64,000 nucleotides of DNA, taken from the IMG/VR virus record IMGVR_UViG_3300025133_000026, one strand, 5' to 3'. This DNA comes from a virus. The notes beneath the pieces were generated by a model that worked only from the letters and a program-made list of their open reading frames with translations, did no database searches and was not told the DNA's origin. Both the position numbers and the translations under genes were made by a program. Positions 36,485-45,841 of the stretch are shown one piece after another (within the stretch, counting starts at the first letter, position 1; each line of letters begins with the position of its first letter).

Positions 36485-37395
36485 TTACTCCTTGCTGCTT
36501 TTAATACTTGTTCTTTGTGAGCATAATCTCTTTCATTTACAATTCTTATATCACATAATTGTCCAGATTCTGGAAGTACCAATACATCTAAAAGATTAAA
36601 GTCTTTGTCATATAGATTGATAGCAGAATCTCCACTCTCTCGATCTTCTCTAGATTTGCACTCTGAAACTCCGACGATGTAGCAATCTCTTGTGACAGCA
36701 AAACCACGTAACCAGGCGCCCTTGCCCAAGAATCTTTCTCTTTGTTTCTTTGTGTTTTGCTCAGTCCATAAAACTCTCCCATCATGAGAGCTAAAGGTTA
36801 AAATCTCACTACCTTCTCTGTAAACATTATGAGCTGCATAGCCAGCTGTAAAGCTATCTACTTCAGTCAAATTCTTGTCAAGAATAACTATACGGCTTTT
36901 ACGCTTAAGCTTCTTTTCTGTTCTTGTATTGAAATGAAGTCCAGCAGGACAATAGCCTACTTGGTTATGTTCAACAACATAAAAAAGTTCTTCTTCTTTG
37001 TCATACCAAATGGAATTAAAATGATTAAGGTCATTGCCTGTTGGTCGCCAACTAACTGGATCAAAAGCGCCATGCCGATATATGTAAAGAGAATTCGTCC
37101 CACTGTCTACTACTATTAGACTTCCTTCAAGATGAATCACTTGGTGATGGTGAGTTCCAGGTAAGTCTAATTCGTGTTTCTTTTTAAAGCTATGGTCCAT
37201 GACCAAAAGCTTTTCGCTTTTTGTGGCTATTTTATCTTGGTTCTCTCTTGCAACAACATAAAGATTATCTTTATCCCAAGACATACCATAATAAAGCCCC
37301 TGTCCTGTTAAGACAGGAACTATCTGTTTGTCCTGAATATGATAAACAGCTTGAGCCGTTGACACTAAAAAACTAGGCCACTTCATCCTTATCAA
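36481..37395 (-). CDS. Beta-propeller protein (DUF4915/TIGR03032-like resemblance)
   Basis: Repeated blades: YYGMSWD, HHHQV, NHFNSI, AHNV, WLRGFAV...VGVS. Confidence 0.6.
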   Translation of the reverse strand: MIRMKWPSFLVSTAQAVYHIQDKQIVPVLTGQGLYYGMSWDKDNLYVVARENQDKIATKSEKLLVMDHSFKKKHELDLPGTHHHQVIHLEGSLIVVDSGTNSLYIYRHGAFDPVSWRPTGNDLNHFNSIWYDKEEELFYVVEHNQVGYCPAGLHFNTRTEKKLKRKSRIVILDKNLTEVDSFTAGYAAHNVYREGSEILTFSSHDGRVLWTEQNTKKQRERFLGKGAWLRGFAVTRDCYIVGVSECKSREDRESGDSAINLYDKDFNLLDVLVLPESGQLCDIRIVNERDYAHKEQVLKAARSK

Positions 37396-37984
37396 ACCTC
37401 TTGTTCACTAGAAGCTTACCTGTTGATTCCATCTCAGAAAGATATTTTTCTACAATATCATCTGTAAAATTGAGATTGCAGTCAATTCCAATTCTATCTT
37501 CCAGCGGTACTTCGCCAACCCTGACTGCTGGACAGCCAAGATAAATGCCACCCTCTTCGCAATCTTTAACCACTACCGCGCCCGCACCAACGATAACGTC
37601 CTTGCCAATAGTAATACCAGACACAAGGGTTACACTGCCACCAATGATAGCACCTGATTTAATGTGAACACCACGAGAAATTTTCTTTACATTGCGTTGA
37701 AAAGAAACATTCTTCTCATGAATAATCATTATGCCAGGACCAATAAAAACTTTGTCTTCTATGACAGTCCCTTGTGTAATGCAAGACATTCTTTTGATAT
37801 GAACATCATTTCCAATCAATACAGTTCCTGAGGTGTTGCAGTAGTCGTCAAATTTTACATTGTTCCCAATGCGAGTTCCAGAATGAAGCTTACAAAAGTC
37901 TCCAATCTTTACATCGTCACCAAGAACAACATCATTGTCGATAACTGTATATTTTCCTGCTCTTGTATTCTTTCCTATTTTCAT
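37373..37984 (-). CDS. Hexapeptide-repeat (left-handed beta-helix) acetyltransferase 2
   Basis: Hexapeptide repeats; VFIGPG; IGKDVIVGAGAVVVKD...YLGCPA. Confidence 0.9.
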   Translation of the reverse strand: MKIGKNTRAGKYTVIDNDVVLGDDVKIGDFCKLHSGTRIGNNVKFDDYCNTSGTVLIGNDVHIKRMSCITQGTVIEDKVFIGPGIMIIHEKNVSFQRNVKKISRGVHIKSGAIIGGSVTLVSGITIGKDVIVGAGAVVVKDCEEGGIYLGCPAVRVGEVPLEDRIGIDCNLNFTDDIVEKYLSEMESTGKLLVNKRFDKDEVA

Positions 37985-38628
37985 TCAAACACCCACCTTT
38001 TAAGCACTGCCGGAACACCAGCAACAAGAGTTCTTGAAGCAACCGACTTAGTGACAACAGCACCAGCTGCTACTATTGCATTTTCTCCTATTTCAACACC
38101 AGGGAGAAGCGAACTGTTTTGTCCAATTCTAGCCCCTTTTTTAATAACAGGGCCAGCACTAGTCCATTCTTTTCCTTGAGGCGCTAACCTACCCATAGAG
38201 TTGTCGTTGGCACACATCGTTCCTTGTCCAATGAAGACACCATCTTCAATAGTCATGTTGCCAGAAATATTGCATAAATCCATGATTTTTACTTTGTTGC
38301 CAACAGTAGTTTTGAATCCAATTTTTGCATTCATTCCAACAATACAAAATTTACCAAGAACACAATGATCTCGGAGCTTGGCGCCATCACCGATAAGAGT
38401 ATTAGCTCCTACATAACAACCATGGTAAATAGTTGCTCCAGCCCCGATTACACAGTTCTCTTCAATATAAGTAGAAGTTAATTCTGTGCTGGGCTTTCGG
38501 CTAGTTGCACCAGAGGGAACTTTCGGCGGCTTTCCAATTACAGCAAAAGGACCGACTGACACGTTCTCACCCATAACAACACCTTCATAAATATAACAAG
38601 GAATCCCTTTCCATTCTGTTAGTATCAT
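37981..38628 (-). CDS. Hexapeptide-repeat acetyltransferase 1 (WbpD-like)
   Basis: GVFIGQGTMCAND; IGENAIVAAGAVVTKSV...VAGVPA. Confidence 0.9.
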   Translation of the reverse strand: MILTEWKGIPCYIYEGVVMGENVSVGPFAVIGKPPKVPSGATSRKPSTELTSTYIEENCVIGAGATIYHGCYVGANTLIGDGAKLRDHCVLGKFCIVGMNAKIGFKTTVGNKVKIMDLCNISGNMTIEDGVFIGQGTMCANDNSMGRLAPQGKEWTSAGPVIKKGARIGQNSSLLPGVEIGENAIVAAGAVVTKSVASRTLVAGVPAVLKRWVFE

Positions 38629-39485
38629 TAAATTTCTCCATGAGCTTTTAGTACTTCTAATATAAATTCAGCACGTTGTAGATAGGTGTGGTGGCACAAC
38701 ATATGCTTATAAGCCTTTTGTCCTAACTCTATTAAATCTTTTGGATATCTAGAATAATATTCTAAAGCGGGCTTTAGTTTAACAGATTCAATATAGTGTT
38801 CGTTTGGAGTAAAAAGTTCGCGTAAACCTTTGTGTGGGTATGTCAACACAGAAACTTGGCAACTAAAACTATCAAAATATCTTATTGGAACACCTGGCTT
38901 GCCCTCTTTCCAGAGATAATCATTCCAAATACCTATAGAGGCTAAGCTTTTAGATAAATGCCTGAATCTTTCTCTGTGGTAAAGATGGGGAGGAATGTTT
39001 CCCATAAGTTTATACATCCCTCCAATATCTTTCTTTATTTCTCTGTGAAGTACTCCGCGCAATGTGTCTTCTTTGCTTTTATCCTTAGCAAGGAGAACAA
39101 AATCAGATCTTTTTTTAGCGACCATCCATCCTCGCTGTAGACCAGCAAAGGGAAGGTAAAAACTATTTTTGACTTCGCGACGAGTTGTAAAATAATACTT
39201 TATTCCTCGTCGCCCACGAGCTAATTCGTGGCTAGCTTCCTTCTCCCAAAATATACAGATATGTTTTTTCTTTAATTTCTTTAAAATATTTGTAGGAGGT
39301 AATGTCGAAGGACAGGGGAATATAATTAGATCAATATTTCTTGCTTTGAGCCATCTTGATAATTTCTCATAAGGAAGTCCTAGCACTTCGTTGTGGCAGT
39401 GATAAACATTGTGCCCAAGAAGAGTAAAGCCACAACCTAATGCCTTCTCCAAAGGTCTTGTATGGCCAATAAGTATATTTAACAT
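38628..39485 (-). CDS. CgeB-like glycosyltransferase (Glyco_trans_1_2-like)
   Basis: PIRYFDSF, LRELFTPNEHY, HHTYLQRAEFIL. Confidence 0.75.
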   Translation of the reverse strand: MLNILIGHTRPLEKALGCGFTLLGHNVYHCHNEVLGLPYEKLSRWLKARNIDLIIFPCPSTLPPTNILKKLKKKHICIFWEKEASHELARGRRGIKYYFTTRREVKNSFYLPFAGLQRGWMVAKKRSDFVLLAKDKSKEDTLRGVLHREIKKDIGGMYKLMGNIPPHLYHRERFRHLSKSLASIGIWNDYLWKEGKPGVPIRYFDSFSCQVSVLTYPHKGLRELFTPNEHYIESVKLKPALEYYSRYPKDLIELGQKAYKHMLCHHTYLQRAEFILEVLKAHGEI

Positions 39486-40408
39486 TTCTTTAATATATCT
39501 TCAATATCTCCAACAACCCTCATTCCAAGACTCCCTGGAGAAACAAAAGGTTTATCTAATAAAATCCAATCTGCAAATTCATCAACAAGCAAAGCCAATG
39601 GCTCTTTAACTTCTCCTTCATAAATAGACATCCAACTATAACGATGGGCCATGTCTCTATCAATACCAACAATGGCTTTGTCGTAAATAATAAGAGGAGA
39701 GTCAGACAACATGTCATACTCAATCATCCCATTAGTTCCGACTACAGTTGTTGTTCTGTCTTTCTTCGGGTTTAACCAGCTTAAATCTAATCCATAAGTC
39801 ATCCCAGTTTTGTATTCTATATGGATAGTTGCTGTATCAACAACATCATTCTGTAGATGAGTTCCAGAAACTACAGCCGAGACTTGAAAGTCAGAACCAA
39901 AAAGATAATCCATAACGGCTAAGTCATGTGGTGCTAAATCCCAGATAACTCCAGACAATTGGAACTTACCAAAATTAAGACGTCTAGAAACTACATGAAG
40001 AATATCCCCAATTTTTCCAGCTTGAATTAATTTTCTAAGTTGTCTTATATGTGAACTAAACAAAAATGTATGATCTACGCCTAATTTAAGATTCTTTTCA
40101 GCGGCCAGCCGGACAAGGGCTTGTGCATCTTTTAGGGTTGTTGTTAGTGGCTTTTCTACAAGGACATGTTTTCCTGCCAACAAGGCTTCTTTTGCCACAC
40201 TATAGTGGGTTTCGGGAGGAGTAGCAATAACAACAGCATCGAAGTCTCTCATGGCCAATGCATCTTTTAAAGACTTTTCTTCCCTCTCTTCTTCGCCTGC
40301 TTGCATATCAACCAAAGCAGTCACTTTTATTCTGCTATTTTTTTCTAAATTTCTAAGTAACTTTGGGCCCCAATATCCTTTATGTCCTACAAGACATATA
40401 CTTAACAT
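39479..40408 (-). CDS. Gfo/Idh/MocA-family NAD(P)-dependent sugar oxidoreductase (WbpB-like)
   Basis: VGHKGYWG, IATPPETH, HVLVEKP, VDHTFLF, WDLAPHD. Confidence 0.92.
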   Translation of the reverse strand: MLSICLVGHKGYWGPKLLRNLEKNSRIKVTALVDMQAGEEEREEKSLKDALAMRDFDAVVIATPPETHYSVAKEALLAGKHVLVEKPLTTTLKDAQALVRLAAEKNLKLGVDHTFLFSSHIRQLRKLIQAGKIGDILHVVSRRLNFGKFQLSGVIWDLAPHDLAVMDYLFGSDFQVSAVVSGTHLQNDVVDTATIHIEYKTGMTYGLDLSWLNPKKDRTTTVVGTNGMIEYDMLSDSPLIIYDKAIVGIDRDMAHRYSWMSIYEGEVKEPLALLVDEFADWILLDKPFVSPGSLGMRVVGDIEDILKKC

Positions 40409-41257
40409 TTAAACTCCTAACTTATAGTTTTCGATTATTTTTAAATAAGCTTTAGCCATTTTGAATGCCGACCATTTTTTATAGACTAACTCTAAACATT
40501 TATTAGAGCAGTAAGTATAAAAATCTTTATCTGTACTCAGTTCTTCTAAACAAACAACAGCGTCTTCTATTTTCTTGAAAGCAAGACTATTGAGTATAGG
40601 ATGAAGAGAAATTAACTTTTTGTTTCTGGGATGAAGTAGTGTTACTACAGGCAAACCACAAGCCATGGCTTCTTTTGGAGCTAAACCAAGAGAGTAGCTT
40701 AGAACAAATACTTTGCTTTTCCAATAAAAATTCCTCACTCCATCTTTCTCTACTGCGGGTATATCATACCCTACCAAAGGAATTTCCTTAAATTTTTGCA
40801 TTTCTTTTAAAAGATCAATTCTCTTTTGGTCATAGCGTGCTTTGTTCCAAATATCAGCACAAGAAATAAACCCAAATCTCGAAGTCACCGAAGGTCTCCA
40901 AAAGTTTAGATCTATACCATTGGGAATGTGATGGATACCTTTTTTGGGCTGACAAAGCATACCACCCTCAAGGGGTGAACGCTCATCAACAATGATAATT
41001 GGTCGATGAGTTGTAGGCAATCGATGATCAAGAGACCATCGGTTATGATCAATTAACAAAACATTTTGCAGATCAATTAACTTTCCTGCCTCTACAAAAG
41101 TAATAGAAGCAATGATTAAGTCATAAGGAGAGAGGTCTAAATCAAAATCTTTCGGAGTGGCAGGGTTGACAGTTATGTCCATTAGTCCAAGAGAATAAAA
41201 ACCTTTAGCTAAATAATCACCCCAGGTGGGATGATGCGGAAGAATCAATATATTCAT
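40409..41257 (-). CDS. GT-B (GT4-like) glycosyltransferase
   Basis: HHIPNGIDLNFW; VFVLSYSLGLAPKEAMACGLPVV. Confidence 0.8.
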   Translation of the reverse strand: MNILILPHHPTWGDYLAKGFYSLGLMDITVNPATPKDFDLDLSPYDLIIASITFVEAGKLIDLQNVLLIDHNRWSLDHRLPTTHRPIIIVDERSPLEGGMLCQPKKGIHHIPNGIDLNFWRPSVTSRFGFISCADIWNKARYDQKRIDLLKEMQKFKEIPLVGYDIPAVEKDGVRNFYWKSKVFVLSYSLGLAPKEAMACGLPVVTLLHPRNKKLISLHPILNSLAFKKIEDAVVCLEELSTDKDFYTYCSNKCLELVYKKWSAFKMAKAYLKIIENYKLGV

Positions 41258-42066
41258 ACATTAAACTTCCACTTCTTTTTTCTTTTAATCCAAGAAACGA
41301 TAACCTTTGGGTGAGATCCTGCAAAAGTCTGTGTTTTAAGACTACCTGGATTATAGACAAAACTTGACTGAATGTATCTTTTATTGCGAAAAGAACGATA
41401 GTTCGCATTCTCTACAGCAAACTGTTTCTTTAGTTTTTTCCCCATAGCTTCCGCGTCTCTGCACCAACCGTAATGGTTTACAAAAGCAGATACTTTTTGT
41501 ACATCGGCGCGAGCATAAAACTTTTCTGTATTGATATCAATATTATCAACACCAACAGCTACATGAGAACAGCCAGGCCTAGCAATAAACCTTACTTTTT
41601 GATTTCGACGAGTAAGCTTTGAACGCTCTTGATACCATTTAGTGTCTATCACTTGTTTTTGTGCTTTCACCCCAAAGAAATGCCTAAACTTAAATACAAA
41701 ATAATTTTTATCTCTTCTTTTACTTATCTCTATTATCTTTTTTGCTGTCTTTGAGGGCACTACTTCGTCAGCATCTGCTCTCCAAATCCATTCGCTTGTA
41801 CAGGCCCGCAAAATCCGAGTTCTTAGTTTAGATTCAGTAGAGCGGTTTAACGCCCAAGGATGCCGCAAAATAACAAATCGTCCATTTGGCTGAACTTGAT
41901 AAAACTCTTCTTGAAGATCTAACAACAACTCTAATGTATTATCAATAGAGTGTGCTTCCAAAATGACTATCTCATTAGAAAAAGCAAAAAGAGATCGTAT
42001 AGCTGCTTGCATTGGATAGTCAAGAATCTCCACATCCCTAACCCACATTACTGAACTAACAGACAT
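41254..42066 (-). CDS. GT-A (GT2-like) glycosyltransferase
   Basis: NEIVIL...SIDNTL; EWIWRADADE (DxD); NHYGW. Confidence 0.85.
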   Translation of the reverse strand: MSVSSVMWVRDVEILDYPMQAAIRSLFAFSNEIVILEAHSIDNTLELLLDLQEEFYQVQPNGRFVILRHPWALNRSTESKLRTRILRACTSEWIWRADADEVVPSKTAKKIIEISKRRDKNYFVFKFRHFFGVKAQKQVIDTKWYQERSKLTRRNQKVRFIARPGCSHVAVGVDNIDINTEKFYARADVQKVSAFVNHYGWCRDAEAMGKKLKKQFAVENANYRSFRNKRYIQSSFVYNPGSLKTQTFAGSHPKVIVSWIKRKKKWKFNV

Positions 42067-42072
42067 AAGTGA

Positions 42073-42411
42073 TTACTTTACTTCAAATTCAGCATCAACC
42101 TTGTCATACCAAGTCACTCCTTCACGAACTAAACCAAATCTTATTTCGTATTTTCCTGACAATAAAGAAAGATCAGCTGCTTCAAAAGAAGTGCGATAAA
42201 CCACTGTTTCTCCAGCAGGAACAGTATCTGCCCTAACTAGCCCTACCCTATAAGGTATCTTTATTTCCTTGTCTCCAACAAGATGTCTTATACGACAAGG
42301 CCTAATCAGTAATTTACTTTTGCTCTGATCTTGACCAGTAGTATTGTCTAGCTCAAGAATAAAGAAGAATTTATTCTTTCGACGATAAGCTTTGATTACT
42401 TTGAGTTTCAT
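42073..42411 (-). CDS. Small Ig-like protein within the glycan locus
   Basis: V.AGETV...GKYEIRFGLVREGVTW, a beta-sandwich pattern. Confidence 0.55.
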   Translation of the reverse strand: MKLKVIKAYRRKNKFFFILELDNTTGQDQSKSKLLIRPCRIRHLVGDKEIKIPYRVGLVRADTVPAGETVVYRTSFEAADLSLLSGKYEIRFGLVREGVTWYDKVDAEFEVK

Positions 42412-43790
42412 AAGTCCATAACCTCGATAAGCCTCTTGGCAGAAAGATCATAATTCTCATTCTTCCTAACCCATTGAGCGGCTTTCTTTCCTTTTTTAAA
42501 TGCCTCTCTTTTGTGAGAGACAATATGACGCATTTGTTCTACTAAATCATCAGTATTAATTTTAGCATACTGACCAAAATCATCTGATCCATTATTGTGT
42601 GATCTTAAGAATTTAGGCAAGTCAGCTCGTTGTAAGCCACTTGGATTCACCCAATAAGCGATATCATCCTTGCATATTTCTGTAAGAGAAGACCAGTTAC
42701 AAAGAATAACGGGGAGTCCCGTGCACATAGCCTCTCGTGGAGGTAGGCCATAGCCCTCTCCGTTAGAGGGAAATAGGAAACAGTCGGCCCGGTGCATTAG
42801 ACTCACCAATTCTTTATGCGGCAACCTTGCATCTATAACCTCAACATTGCTTGGCAAGTTAGGCTTGTTTCCTCCCCACCCTCCGCTGATTTTTAAAATA
42901 AGCTTCACATCTGTTCTATTCCCAAAAGCTCTTTTGAATGCTGCCAACGTCAGAGGGTAGTTCTTCCTAGAGTTAGACCAATGCGCATTAGCTAGCAAGA
43001 GAAACTCAAAGGGTTTATCTCTCTTTGCTCTATTCTCACACATAGGCCATATCTTATGATTTACCCCCAAGGGAACTTTGTGGATAGGAACTTTTACCCC
43101 TGCGTCTTTGAAAATCTTTTTACAAAAGTCAGAAGGAACAATAAGGTGATTAAACTTATTGTTAATTCTACCGGCCCAGGCGCTAGGAACCTTTGTCGTT
43201 TCGAACATTGTGAGAATATATTTCTCTGCTCTTTGACATTTTCCATGCGTCCTGGTTATAGCTGGAGTATGATATAAAAGATATTTCTTGTAAAGGAAGT
43301 TTCTTTCATTAACCAACTCATGGAATTTTGCACTAGCTAAATGATTGTTATTCCTACGTGTAGGGACAAATGACATAGAGATATGTGCACGATCCAGAGC
43401 GAGAACTAATTGCTCTGTACTATTTCCATAACCATCACAAGGGTCGAACACTCCTTCAAATACCAATCCTTTCTCCAGAGGAGCTACAGATTGATCCATA
43501 AAGGCGTGGCCTAGTTCTTTACACAAAGCCGTATAGACATCCTCTACATCTTTTCCATTCTTCAAGCATCTTGAATAGTCAATTACATATCCAAAACGTT
43601 GTCTTTTGAATCCCATAAGAGGGATAATCCCTATCCCAGGATATTTTTGAGGTAAGCCCGGTGCTGGGTTGGCGAGAGCAAAATGCCAACTATACCTAGA
43701 GGTTTCCTCTTTTATCTTGTTAATAGCTGCAAAATAAATTTTATATAGTTCTGGGTTTTGTTTAGGAAATTGAATAACTACTTTTTTCAT
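42408..43790 (-). CDS. GT4-family glycosyltransferase with N-terminal extension
   Basis: DGYGNS, MFETT, VPSDFC, RKN, FLFPSNGEGYGLPPREAMCTGLPVI. Confidence 0.9.
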   Translation of the reverse strand: MKKVVIQFPKQNPELYKIYFAAINKIKEETSRYSWHFALANPAPGLPQKYPGIGIIPLMGFKRQRFGYVIDYSRCLKNGKDVEDVYTALCKELGHAFMDQSVAPLEKGLVFEGVFDPCDGYGNSTEQLVLALDRAHISMSFVPTRRNNNHLASAKFHELVNERNFLYKKYLLYHTPAITRTHGKCQRAEKYILTMFETTKVPSAWAGRINNKFNHLIVPSDFCKKIFKDAGVKVPIHKVPLGVNHKIWPMCENRAKRDKPFEFLLLANAHWSNSRKNYPLTLAAFKRAFGNRTDVKLILKISGGWGGNKPNLPSNVEVIDARLPHKELVSLMHRADCFLFPSNGEGYGLPPREAMCTGLPVILCNWSSLTEICKDDIAYWVNPSGLQRADLPKFLRSHNNGSDDFGQYAKINTDDLVEQMRHIVSHKREAFKKGKKAAQWVRKNENYDLSAKRLIEVMDL

Positions 43791-45820
43791 TTTAAAGTCA
43801 AAAGCTTTTGAGCTGTAACAACAAAGGTCTCTGCCACTGCAGAGTCTACTGTTTGCAACAACTCTTTCTTAATTGTAACGAGTTCATCATTATAAAGATA
43901 TCCTTCAGAGGCAATGTCAAAAGCTGTCCCCAATTCTTCGAGATCAAATCCCTCGACTTGACCAAGGACTTTCTTTGTTTCAGAATAAAAAACATTATGA
44001 AGTTCTGTATTTCCCTGTAAGAAATAAGAAGCGTTAAAGGGCATGTCCAGCTTTTTGAGTGCTGGAGAACTTATCGTAGGCTTTCCATATAGCATTGCTT
44101 CTTTCAAGTAAGTACCCAAGTGAACATCATCTAATTGAATGTAAACATCAATCCCCCTAAACCATTTATGCATAACTGCTCTATTGGTCAAAGGAACAAC
44201 ATTAACAGAAGGACTTACAAAAGGTGCTTCGCCCGATGCCAAATCCTGTAATAGTGTTAACTGAAGGTCTTTCCATCCAAACTTTTTTGTTCCCTTTATT
44301 AAATCCTGTAACCTTGATCTTGAAACATTCTTAACAACACTACCCACTACAAGCTTGTTTTTGGTTGGGTTGTGAATTCGAGAAAGACTAACATTTAAAG
44401 GTAGGTCTACTACATAGATTGGCTTAGAAACTCCTGCGTCGATAATTAAAGACTCTGCATATTTAGATGTCACAAACAATGCATCATAGTCTCGAGTTAA
44501 TCGATTGATTGCTTCTCGAGAAAGCTTCCTCTCTTCTATTAGTACAAAAGCAAATCGCAGTAATCCCTGCGCTGGCATTGCATAGTTCGTACGAACAAGA
44601 GTGGAGGTTTTAAACACATCAACAACCAAGGCATCCTTGTTGTTTTGGGATGGATTAAGAGAAGCCTTGAAGCCTATCTTCTTGAAGATCTCCTTTAGAG
44701 ATTCTGCAAGATAACCTGTTTCAAAATCTGGCTCAATCAGAGTGAAGATATCGATAGGTATTTTCTTATCAAGAATAGTTACTAGATCTTTATCTAGTCT
44801 AGATTCAATCGCCTGGCCGACTTCTTGATAGGTAATTCCTTTCATACAAGCAATATTGATTGAGCACGGCTTGTAGAAACACCCAGCACATGGAAGGTCA
44901 CTAAATACAGCAGTTGCATTTTTGTAATGATTCAGCCGAGCCATGGGAGGAGTAGAACCGAAGACCCCTACAATATCTTTTTCAAGCGCACCTGCGATAT
45001 GAAGCATCCCTGAGTCAGGGCCAACAAAAAGACTACAGGCATTTACTAATGCAGACTTCGCTCTTAGGTCAAACTGAGAAACATCCCATGTGTTCTTATA
45101 GTCCCAGGTCCTACCCAGTCTTTTATTATGATCGTTAACAAGGAATTTTAAATCATTTCTGATGCTATTCAAATAACCAATAAGATGGACATACTTTCCA
45201 ACAGGCCATGTCCGGCGAGGGTCAACAGAAGCAATATCTAAGAAAACTAATTTAGTGCCATTGAGTTTGCCAAACTGTTTCTTCAGGATTTTCCCCACCC
45301 ATTCCTTTTCTTTTTTAGATACAATGTAAGTAGGCTTCTTGTTCGGAAGCCTAATCCCTACATAATCTGCAAACAAATCAATACGATTGCGAGGATATAA
45401 ATTCTTGTTTTCATGGGTAAGGCCCGCTGTCGTAATATCAGAAAAGAAATGGTAATCTTCTCTATTGACTTTTTGGAAATCAACAACATGATCTATATGA
45501 GGATTCTCTTTAAGAAGATCGCTCAAAACTCCAGGCTGTGTAGCATATGTCGTTTCACAGTTGGGGTAGAAATGCTTAAAAGCCTCCAAGACAGGAGTTG
45601 ACATAATGATATCACCGATACCGCCTAGCTTTCTCTGAATACAAACCTTAACAATAGATTGATCTCCTCCTAGTTGAGGAACAGAATTCTTTTGTTGAAA
45701 GTTCGGACGCTTTTGAGCCTTTCCTCTTCCACCATTTGTGACAACGGGGATTTGCTTTCTTGTTGGACGAGCTACTCCTCGACCACCGATACGTCTATTC
45801 TTTCTAAATACATTTCCCAT
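43787..45820 (-). CDS. GT9 (ADP-heptose heptosyltransferase-like) fused to a degenerate GT-B domain, with basic N-terminal tail
   Basis: GGIGDIIMSTP, RTWP, FVGPDSGMLHIAGAL, VFGST, CAGC...C...CM; C-terminal half has DVYIQL...KEAMLYGKP. Confidence 0.85.
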   Translation of the reverse strand: MGNVFRKNRRIGGRGVARPTRKQIPVVTNGGRGKAQKRPNFQQKNSVPQLGGDQSIVKVCIQRKLGGIGDIIMSTPVLEAFKHFYPNCETTYATQPGVLSDLLKENPHIDHVVDFQKVNREDYHFFSDITTAGLTHENKNLYPRNRIDLFADYVGIRLPNKKPTYIVSKKEKEWVGKILKKQFGKLNGTKLVFLDIASVDPRRTWPVGKYVHLIGYLNSIRNDLKFLVNDHNKRLGRTWDYKNTWDVSQFDLRAKSALVNACSLFVGPDSGMLHIAGALEKDIVGVFGSTPPMARLNHYKNATAVFSDLPCAGCFYKPCSINIACMKGITYQEVGQAIESRLDKDLVTILDKKIPIDIFTLIEPDFETGYLAESLKEIFKKIGFKASLNPSQNNKDALVVDVFKTSTLVRTNYAMPAQGLLRFAFVLIEERKLSREAINRLTRDYDALFVTSKYAESLIIDAGVSKPIYVVDLPLNVSLSRIHNPTKNKLVVGSVVKNVSRSRLQDLIKGTKKFGWKDLQLTLLQDLASGEAPFVSPSVNVVPLTNRAVMHKWFRGIDVYIQLDDVHLGTYLKEAMLYGKPTISSPALKKLDMPFNASYFLQGNTELHNVFYSETKKVLGQVEGFDLEELGTAFDIASEGYLYNDELVTIKKELLQTVDSAVAETFVVTAQKLLTLK

Positions 45821-45841
45821 AATCCACGTTTTTAAGACTTA

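Noticed and set aside
33975-45820. Interpretation as a bacterial O-antigen/LPS locus on a chromosome
   Set aside because: No wzx/wzy/wzm/wzt or initiating transferase is recognisable, and the context is phage-like on both sides. Modification of host LPS is not fully excluded.
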